Shown here piece after piece: positions 17,152-23,582 of a stretch of DNA of 23,582 nucleotides. This DNA comes from Armatimonadota bacterium (GTDB lineage Bacteria; Armatimonadota; Zipacnadia; Zipacnadales; UBA5352). The stretch is taken from the NCBI GenBank assembly GCA_034722055.1, contig JAYENL010000254.1, positions 1 through 23,582 of the forward strand. The letters run 5' to 3'. Below the pieces are notes generated by a model. The model worked only from the letters and a program-made list of their open reading frames with translations, made no database searches and was not told the origin of the DNA. Position 1 is the stretch's first letter. Every line of letters starts with the position of its first letter. The translations under genes and the position numbers were made by a program.

Positions 17152-17388
17152 TGGTGGAGGGGCCGCCTGGCGCGCAGCCCCGGTGAGGCCCGTGAGTGCA
17201 CCGAACGGGCGAGACCGGAGGTCTCCGAAGGTTCCACCCGGCCCAGAGGTTAAGTAGTGCAGGGGCCCTCCCCTGCACGCCGTTTGGGCCTTCCCGGAGA
17301 CGCCGGCATGGGCCGGGGTGGAACCTGCGCGGTCAGTCGCTCCCGCTCCTGACCCCGCCCGGCTCGCTTCGCTCGCGGCGGCCCCTCC
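17152..17388 (-). ncRNA. Candidate structured RNA or REPIN-like palindromic element (~237 nt)
   Basis: Terminal 12-bp stem GGAGGGGCCGCC/GGCGGCCCCTCC followed by ACCA on -; inner 17-bp stem (17229-17245 with 17309-17326); 9-bp hairpin (17257-17278). Lies between convergent genes. Strand and identity are uncertain. Confidence 0.4.
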
Positions 17389-17503
17389 ATGGTAGCAGCG
17401 CACGGTACTCTCACGCAGGTAAGACGCGAACCGCTGCGGCACAGCAGTAGCTTGCGTGCGCCCGCGCCTCGAACCCACGATCCAAGGACACAAGCGGCGG
17501 ACG

Positions 17504-19825
17504 TCACCGCCCGTCCGGGAACGCGGGCAGCTCGAAGGGCCTGCCGATCTCCTCCATGTGCTTGATCGCCAGGTAGCCGAGGATGGAGATCTCCAGCATC
17601 CCGTTGGTGCCGGTGCGATGCGCGGCTCCGCTGTCCCGCACGAGGAAGTCGCGCCACTGCCGCTCCTCGGACCACTGCCGGTCCATCGTCGCCAGCCAGT
17701 CCTCAAAGCGCTCGTCCGGGCCAACGGCCGCCGTCCACTCCGTCCACAGCCAGTAGAGGTACGGCCCCACCCAGAACTCCAGCGGTGGCGTGTACTTCGT
17801 GCCCTTGTTCCAGCAGTCATCGGTGACGTAGTGGTAGGCCTTCGCGGCCGCCTGCTGTGCCAGCGCCGCCTGCTCCGTCCTCCCCGCCTGGCGGTCGGCG
17901 AGATAGCAGCCGAAGAGGCCCTCGCCGATGTAGATGTTGCCCAGGAAGGTGTGACAGCCGCCCTCCACGCGGTCGCCGCAGCGCCAGTCGAACCAGCCGT
18001 TGGGCTTCATTTCCCGCGCGGTCCAGCGCACCGTGGCGTCCATCGCCTCGAACCACTCCTGTGGGATGTCCTCGCCGAGCACCTGCGCGGCGTAGGCGTA
18101 GTATGCCAGGCCCGAGAGCGTCCTGCCCAGGTACACGTTGCAGACGTGATCCTCGCGCGTAAGCAGTGACCGGTTGACGCTGCCGTCCGCCGCCTCGGCA
18201 ATGCGCAGGTGGCGGATCACATCCGGGATTCCGTCCGAGTCCATGCGCGAGTAGTCCACGATGTACTGCGCGGCCTTCCGCGCCGCCGCCGACAGCCGCC
18301 GGGCGTACTCCGGCCGCTCCGCCACCTGCGAGTAGTAGATCATCCCGCGCGCCAGCGGCGTGATCCACTCGCCGATCTGGTTGCTGTCGTAGCTGCCGAA
18401 GCTGCGCGAGGGCCCGCCCTTGCCGATGCCTGCCTGCGAGACAAGCTCGTTCGTCCACATGATGGTGGCGCCATTGGGCGCCTGCATGGCATCGATCATG
18501 TGCTGGAAGCTGTCCTCGATGATGGCCTCGGTGAACTGGCACCGCTGCATGTCGCCGCTCTTGCGGAAGGCCTCCGCGGCCAGTAGCAGCCCGGTATCGC
18601 CGGCCTCGTTGCCCTCGGTGTGCTTGCCCGTAGTGTGGCCGAACAGCCGCAACAGCTCCGCATAGGTCTCTTCCCTGAGCGGGTCGTAGGTGTGCGGCAG
18701 GTGGATGTCGGTGCGGCACATGACATCGCCGTACAGCAGGTCCTGCACCCACTTCACCATCCCCGTGCGGACCGACAGGACCGTGAAGGTCATGGACTCG
18801 TCCCGCCGGCGAACGTAGAGATCATCCGACCCCACACGCCCGCCCAGCAGCGAGCCATCCTCCCCCACCAGGTCCGCGATGATGGAGTAGTAGCCCGGCG
18901 CCAGGTCCTGCGCCAGGTCCGCCACCAGCTCCACGCGCCCGGTCTCGCCGGCGGCAAGCTCCTCCCCCAGCGGCATCTCGAGGCTGCTCTGCTTGCCCGA
19001 GAAAACCTCCCGAAAGGCCAGCCGCAGTACGGTGTCCGCCGGCACCAGGAGCTCGCTCCCGGTCTCCCACACCAGCAGCACCGGCAGGGACCGGGCGCCC
19101 TCGTCGAGGATCACGATCTCGTCACTGCTGTTCGCGCGCTCGCCCACGTACAGCGCCACCGCCGCCTCGTCGGCGGGCAGCGTGGTCAGCTTCCGCTGCA
19201 GCTTGCAGAGCCGGAAGCCGCCCACCTCGAACGTCACCTCGTCGCCGTGCGCGTAGGCATTCTCGCACAGGAAGAAGTGGATCAGGCTCACGCGCTCGAG
19301 GTCCGGTATCTCATCCAGCCGCCGCGTCACCAGCGCCCACTGGTCGTCAGGCAGCGGATCGATGAGCTCGTTCACTACCGCGCCGTTATCCTCGCCGTCA
19401 GCGTTGTCGGTGTGCAGGATGAAGCGCAGCGTCGTGGGTCGGTCGATCTCCGTGTCGCGGCGCACCCAGTACTGAATGGCGTCATACTCACTGAAGTCCA
19501 GCGGCTGAGGCGGCGTGTGCTGAAAGGCCGGCCAGCCCTGCGGGTAGCGCCCCTCGTTGAGGTGATCGATCTGCACGTGGAAACGCAGGTACGGGCCGCC
19601 CCAGGGCCCCGGCTGCTCGCTGCGACTCAGCGTCCCCTCTCTCCCACCGACGCTCTCCCACTGCGCGTCCAGCAAGTGGAGCGGGAGGATCTCACCCTCG
19701 GCCGGCACCCACTGCCACTGCTGCCAGGGCAGCAGCTCCCCCTCCTGCGCGCCCGCCACGCCGCCGGCCGCAAGGCTGGCCGCGACGAGCAGCGCTGCAA
19801 ACGCGATCGCATGTCCCCGGATCAT
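17504..19825 (-). CDS. Secreted hypothetical protein (~773 aa): CBM-like jelly-roll N-terminus and a helical (alpha/alpha toroid-like) C-terminus
   Basis: ATG 19825 with GAGGGAG SD (GTG 19846 and ATG 19840 are alternatives). Signal IAFAALLVAASLAAGGVAGA; PLDFSEYDAIQYWVR is a CBM-like pattern; helical Trp/Tyr-rich C-terminal half. Confidence 0.75.
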   Translation of the reverse strand: MIRGHAIAFAALLVAASLAAGGVAGAQEGELLPWQQWQWVPAEGEILPLHLLDAQWESVGGREGTLSRSEQPGPWGGPYLRFHVQIDHLNEGRYPQGWPAFQHTPPQPLDFSEYDAIQYWVRRDTEIDRPTTLRFILHTDNADGEDNGAVVNELIDPLPDDQWALVTRRLDEIPDLERVSLIHFFLCENAYAHGDEVTFEVGGFRLCKLQRKLTTLPADEAAVALYVGERANSSDEIVILDEGARSLPVLLVWETGSELLVPADTVLRLAFREVFSGKQSSLEMPLGEELAAGETGRVELVADLAQDLAPGYYSIIADLVGEDGSLLGGRVGSDDLYVRRRDESMTFTVLSVRTGMVKWVQDLLYGDVMCRTDIHLPHTYDPLREETYAELLRLFGHTTGKHTEGNEAGDTGLLLAAEAFRKSGDMQRCQFTEAIIEDSFQHMIDAMQAPNGATIMWTNELVSQAGIGKGGPSRSFGSYDSNQIGEWITPLARGMIYYSQVAERPEYARRLSAAARKAAQYIVDYSRMDSDGIPDVIRHLRIAEAADGSVNRSLLTREDHVCNVYLGRTLSGLAYYAYAAQVLGEDIPQEWFEAMDATVRWTAREMKPNGWFDWRCGDRVEGGCHTFLGNIYIGEGLFGCYLADRQAGRTEQAALAQQAAAKAYHYVTDDCWNKGTKYTPPLEFWVGPYLYWLWTEWTAAVGPDERFEDWLATMDRQWSEERQWRDFLVRDSGAAHRTGTNGMLEISILGYLAIKHMEEIGRPFELPAFPDGR

Positions 19826-19842
19826 CAGTATCTCCCTCATCG

Positions 19843-22278
19843 TCACATCGGCGGCAGGCCCTTGGTCACCGCGATCTGCTCGGCGTGCAGGTGGTCCCAC
19901 AGGACCTTGGCGGGCGGGGTGACGGCCTCATCGAGCAGGTCCATCGGCCCGTGCGGGATGAGCCACACGCAGGAGGTCTGGGGCTCGGTGAATGCCTGCT
20001 CGGTGCCCCACAGATAGAGGACCTCCAGCCAGTCCGACGCGTCGTAGAGGCGCGTGACGTCGTAGCTCCTCATGCCCGCGTCCGCCCAGCGGTACTCGAT
20101 GGCCACGCCCAGCCCGCCCGTGTCGTCGCCGTAGGAGAAGTCGATCCAGCCCGCGCGGTCGGCGTTCTCCGGCGACGGTCGGCCGCCCAGGTATCCGAAC
20201 AGCAGGTCGCGATACTGGTCGCTGTCGTGCAGCCACCCCCGCCGCACCGGCCCACCCACGCCCGGCTGCAGCGCGTAGCTCCCGCCACGCTGGAAGAGCC
20301 CACAGCGGTCGCCGGCGCCCGAGAGGGTCACCTCGCCCTTCGGCCGCCACACCCGCCCGATGCGGATGGCGGGGTTCACCGCAAAGAACACGTACTGGCT
20401 CTGGCCCGATGCGATCTCGCCGTCCCACGGGATCGTCACCACGAGCGCGCCGGGAAGCTCCTCGACGCGCGGCTTGCCGAAGCCCTCGTGGCCCTCGGCG
20501 TTGAGGACCCAGGGCTGGCGGAGGACGTTCCCGCCGCCGGCGGGCGTGATGGAGCTGATGGCGTCGGCGGCCAGTTCAAGCTCAAGCTGGTAGGCATCGT
20601 TCGAGATCAGCACCCGGTCGCCATCCCGCTGGTACGGGGGCGGCTCGGACTCCCACTGCGATTCGCCAGGCCGAAGCAGGAGCATGGCTGGCCGGTCGCT
20701 GCCGTAGCGGCTGAAGGCCGCCTGGCGCTCATCCCGCCCAGGGCGAGGGGGCAGCACGGCGCAGGGCGTGTCCACCGGCTCCTGGTGACCGCCGGGCAGC
20801 AGCTCAATCAGATGCCGCGGCCCGGCGTCCGGCACCGTCGCCAGCCGGAGCATCCGCCCCTCATACTCAGTGGCCGGTACGGAGACCGCGACAGCCTCGC
20901 CCACGTCCTCGGCCCGCCAGACGGTGTACACCTGCGCGCGACCGTCCAGCACGGTGTAGCCATCATCGGGCACGATCCGCAGCTCCACCGGGCCCCAGCC
21001 GGGGCCGTCAGGGAGCTCGGTGGAGGTCGCTACGCTCTTACCCGCGGCCACCGAGCTTACCGTCTCCCGGCGCAGCCTCGCCTCATCGGCCGGCCAGCCG
21101 ATGGCCCACTCCAGCGTCACGTCCTGGGCGTCCATCCCGCCCACGTTGCGGACCCGCGCCAGAGCACGCACGCCATCGCCCTCGCGGCGGATCTCGATGG
21201 GCCGCGCGGGCCGCTCGATGGTCACCACCGGCTCCACGTAGTACTTCCCGCACAGCTCGTCGGCGTACTCCGCCACGCCCGGCGCCGCGGAGTAGGCCGT
21301 GAAGAAGCCGATCCCGTTCAGCTCCGGCGCGGTGCGCTTGAGGTAGCGGAACTGCCGCAGAACATCCTGGCGGGTGGGCGAGACCGTGATCAGCCCGCGG
21401 TCGCTCTCGCGCTGGTTGATGCCCAGCGCCGGGATGACCTGGTCGATGACGCTGGCCTCCCGCGCCACCTTCAGGTAGCTGTCGAACTGCCCCAGGTGGT
21501 TCCCCCGGTAGTTGAGGTAGATCTCGGGGAGGAACAGGTCCACCAGGTCGGCGACCTCCGCCCAGTAGTGGTGCGCGCCCATGTACCAGACGCCGATCCA
21601 CTGATGGGGCTTGTCGTCCCTGAGGCGCTTCCAGGCCTCGATGAACTTGTCGGTGACCTCGCTCGGCCCACCGATCTCGTCGATGGCGATCCAGTCGTGC
21701 GAGCCCCAGCTCTCCACGAAGCGCTCCACGGGCCACTGTTTGTAGCAGACGCCGCCCTTCCAGTGCGCAGGGATTGCCCCGCGCCGCAGCCACCACTGCG
21801 TGTCCTCCTCGGTCTTCACGGTGGTGGGCACGTTGCACCACCGGAACTGTTGCGGTGCGCCGAACCACACGAACCACAGGTCGCGCTCCGTGACCGCGAT
21901 CTCGCGCTCCACCCGCACGTCCGGGGGCATGTCAAAGACCGCGCGATACCAGCCGTTGCGCTCCGGCGTCCACTCGAAAATCACGTCCCGGCGCTCACCG
22001 AGGCTCTCCTCATCCTCCGCGCCAGCCAGCGTCAGCTCCTCGGTAACCGTCAGCGGCTCGCCCAGCGGATCGCCGCGCCGGGCGACCCGCATTGTGACCG
22101 TGACCTCGCCCTCGAAGGGCTCCTGCGTGTCATTGACCACCGGCACCCGCCAGGTCACGCTCTGGCCGGCGGCGGGGATCATCTTCGTGATCCCGATGTC
22201 CTGCTCATCGATGGTCAGCGCGTGCGCACACCACGTCGCCGCCAGCGCAGCCAGCATCACCGTCAGCCTCAGTCGCAT
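19843..22278 (-). CDS. Secreted hypothetical protein (811 aa): Ig/CARDB-like domains flanking a possible TIM-barrel domain
   Basis: AGGAG SD; signal MRLRLTVMLAALAATWCAHA; ARVRNVGGMDAQDV is a CARDB-like strand; central WIAIDEIG and DLFLPEIY; stop adjacent to the next gene. Confidence 0.8.
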   Translation of the reverse strand: MRLRLTVMLAALAATWCAHALTIDEQDIGITKMIPAAGQSVTWRVPVVNDTQEPFEGEVTVTMRVARRGDPLGEPLTVTEELTLAGAEDEESLGERRDVIFEWTPERNGWYRAVFDMPPDVRVEREIAVTERDLWFVWFGAPQQFRWCNVPTTVKTEEDTQWWLRRGAIPAHWKGGVCYKQWPVERFVESWGSHDWIAIDEIGGPSEVTDKFIEAWKRLRDDKPHQWIGVWYMGAHHYWAEVADLVDLFLPEIYLNYRGNHLGQFDSYLKVAREASVIDQVIPALGINQRESDRGLITVSPTRQDVLRQFRYLKRTAPELNGIGFFTAYSAAPGVAEYADELCGKYYVEPVVTIERPARPIEIRREGDGVRALARVRNVGGMDAQDVTLEWAIGWPADEARLRRETVSSVAAGKSVATSTELPDGPGWGPVELRIVPDDGYTVLDGRAQVYTVWRAEDVGEAVAVSVPATEYEGRMLRLATVPDAGPRHLIELLPGGHQEPVDTPCAVLPPRPGRDERQAAFSRYGSDRPAMLLLRPGESQWESEPPPYQRDGDRVLISNDAYQLELELAADAISSITPAGGGNVLRQPWVLNAEGHEGFGKPRVEELPGALVVTIPWDGEIASGQSQYVFFAVNPAIRIGRVWRPKGEVTLSGAGDRCGLFQRGGSYALQPGVGGPVRRGWLHDSDQYRDLLFGYLGGRPSPENADRAGWIDFSYGDDTGGLGVAIEYRWADAGMRSYDVTRLYDASDWLEVLYLWGTEQAFTEPQTSCVWLIPHGPMDLLDEAVTPPAKVLWDHLHAEQIAVTKGLPPM

Positions 22279-22292
22279 GGCAGCTCCTCCTG

Positions 22293-22474
22293 AAACGGCC
22301 GACGCATCTGAAGATGCGTCGCTCCGAACGGCTGAGCCGTTGCTTGTAGCTTGCAGCTTGCGGCTTGCGGCTTGTGAAGATGCGTCGCTCCGAACGATCC
22401 TGCCCGCCCCGCAGCGACCTTCCCGTCCATGGCGTTGTCATGCCGTGGCCGTTGCTTGTAGCTTGCAGCCTGCG
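22293..22474. repeat. Intergenic repeat mosaic: GGAG-type REP hairpin, a half copy of it, and two GCTTGYR heptamer arrays
   Basis: REP at 22293-22332 with a half copy at 22375-22396. Heptamers x5 at 22342-22376 and x3 at 22454-22474. GCCGTTGCTTGTAGCTTGCAGC is duplicated (22336-22357 and 22448-22469). Confidence 0.85.
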
Positions 22475-22475
22475 G

Positions 22476-23582
22476 CTACGTATACACAAACTGCGCCGTG
22501 GCGGTGCAGTCGCGGTCGGCGACCACGCGCGTCCAGTGCGCCGAGAAGCCCTCCGGGAAGACGTGCGTCCGCTGCTCCCCTCCGCCCACGGTGACGGCCT
22601 CCGCGGCGGCGAAGGTCCCGTCGCCGAGCGCGTCCACCTCGATGGTGAACTCCACCGGCCCGGCGGAGAGCTGCGAGAGGTGCAGGCAGGTGCGCTGGAA
22701 GCCGGTCATGAGGAAGGGGTCAGATGGCTCGCCGGCCTCCACCCGCGTGCGCCGCCACGGCCCTCCCCAGCCGGCGGGCCGGCCGAAGCTCCACAGGTCA
22801 TCGGTCTTCCCAAGCCACAGGTTCGCCTGCGGCTGGCCCTGGTGCAGCACGCTGTCGCCGGTTGGGGTGCACTGGTTCCCGCCCAGCACCAGCAGGCCCA
22901 TCCAGGTGCAGAAGTCGGGGATGATGCGCAGGTGCTGGCAGATGGGCTTCATCGGGAGGACGTCGCCGCCGTAGGCCTGCGCGGGAAGCTCGTAGAACAT
23001 CCCGTGGCAGTCCATCAGGAAGCGCTCCGTCTCCACCTCCCGGATGCGCGTCCACTCCGTGAGCCAGCCGTGGTCGTAGCATTGGCTGGCCTTGGGGAGG
23101 CGGTAGGTCCGCCATCGGCCCCCGGTAAGCACCTTCAGGATCGCCGACGCCTCATCCCAGCCTGTGGCGAAGACCGCCTGGCCGAGATTCCGCCGGCCGG
23201 CGACCTCCATGAAGGGCCTCTCCTCGATCAGCCGCCACATCTCGCCGTCCCACTCCCCGAGGCGGCCGGCGGCGCGCCTGCCCAGATACTCCGGCTCATC
23301 GTAGGTGTTGTTGGCGACGATCACCCGGCCCATGGCGGTGTGGGCGCCCTTGAAGTGCGGCCAGGCGTCCTCCGGCATGCCAAGCTCCCCACGGACGTCG
23401 AAGAGGACCTCGCAGGCCAGGCTCTCCACGTCCACCTCGATGAGCAGCCCCTCCATGGTCAGGAAGTAGACGAGACGCCCGGGGTCGTAGAGATGCTCCA
23501 CCGTGGCCGTCAGGCGGTGCTCCACCAGGGGCTCGATGGTCCGGACCTCGCCGTCGGCGTCGATGATGTGCGGGCCGATGAT
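22476..23582 (-). CDS. Hypothetical protein, probably beta-propeller fold (5' partial, start outside the window)
   Basis: The frame is open to the window edge (IIGPHIIDADGEVRTIEPLVEHRL...). Beta-rich sequence with HFKGAHT, WTRIRE, HLRIIPDFC and GGPW; coding-like codon usage. Confidence 0.8.
   Translation of the reverse strand: MIGPHIIDADGEVRTIEPLVEHRLTATVEHLYDPGRLVYFLTMEGLLIEVDVESLACEVLFDVRGELGMPEDAWPHFKGAHTAMGRVIVANNTYDEPEYLGRRAAGRLGEWDGEMWRLIEERPFMEVAGRRNLGQAVFATGWDEASAILKVLTGGRWRTYRLPKASQCYDHGWLTEWTRIREVETERFLMDCHGMFYELPAQAYGGDVLPMKPICQHLRIIPDFCTWMGLLVLGGNQCTPTGDSVLHQGQPQANLWLGKTDDLWSFGRPAGWGGPWRRTRVEAGEPSDPFLMTGFQRTCLHLSQLSAGPVEFTIEVDALGDGTFAAAEAVTVGGGEQRTHVFPEGFSAHWTRVVADRDCTATAQFVYT

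Noticed and set aside
17152..17388. tRNA, tmRNA or SRP RNA
   Set aside because: Despite the ACCA end there is no TTC-containing T-arm directly before the 3' stem and no G3-U70 pair. It is too long for a tRNA, short for tmRNA, and lacks the SRP helix-8 GGAA motif context.

Overview
GC-rich (~70%) bacterial chromosomal segment, probably from Armatimonadota or a similar lineage, judging by the DUF1559/prepilin-type protein with the motif [42 protein letters not shown]. Most of the window encodes glycan-degradation functions: a giant secreted PcRGLX/YetA-like (PL26-type) protein, a sulfatase-GH31-beta-propeller unit, and two large secreted unknown proteins. The standout is a tightly overlapping five-gene minus-strand operon (11674->6060). 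It encodes a small membrane Zn-ribbon protein, an intact radical SAM/SPASM enzyme with a PqqD/RRE-like N-terminus, a paralogue that has lost CxxxCxxC and GGEP but kept a 4-Cys SPASM site, a signal-peptide/3-TM membrane protein ending in GGGG-CACACAGCACACACA-GGGR, and a class I SAM methyltransferase. This looks like a RiPP-like machinery for modifying or metallating a membrane-tethered Cys-Ala tail. Non-coding features are GTAG/GGAG REP-like hairpin mosaics (two copies 22 kb apart differ only by compensatory changes), heptamer repeats, and a ~237-nt highly structured intergenic element closed by a 12-bp stem ending in ACCA. All family assignments come from motif recognition by eye; no searches were run.
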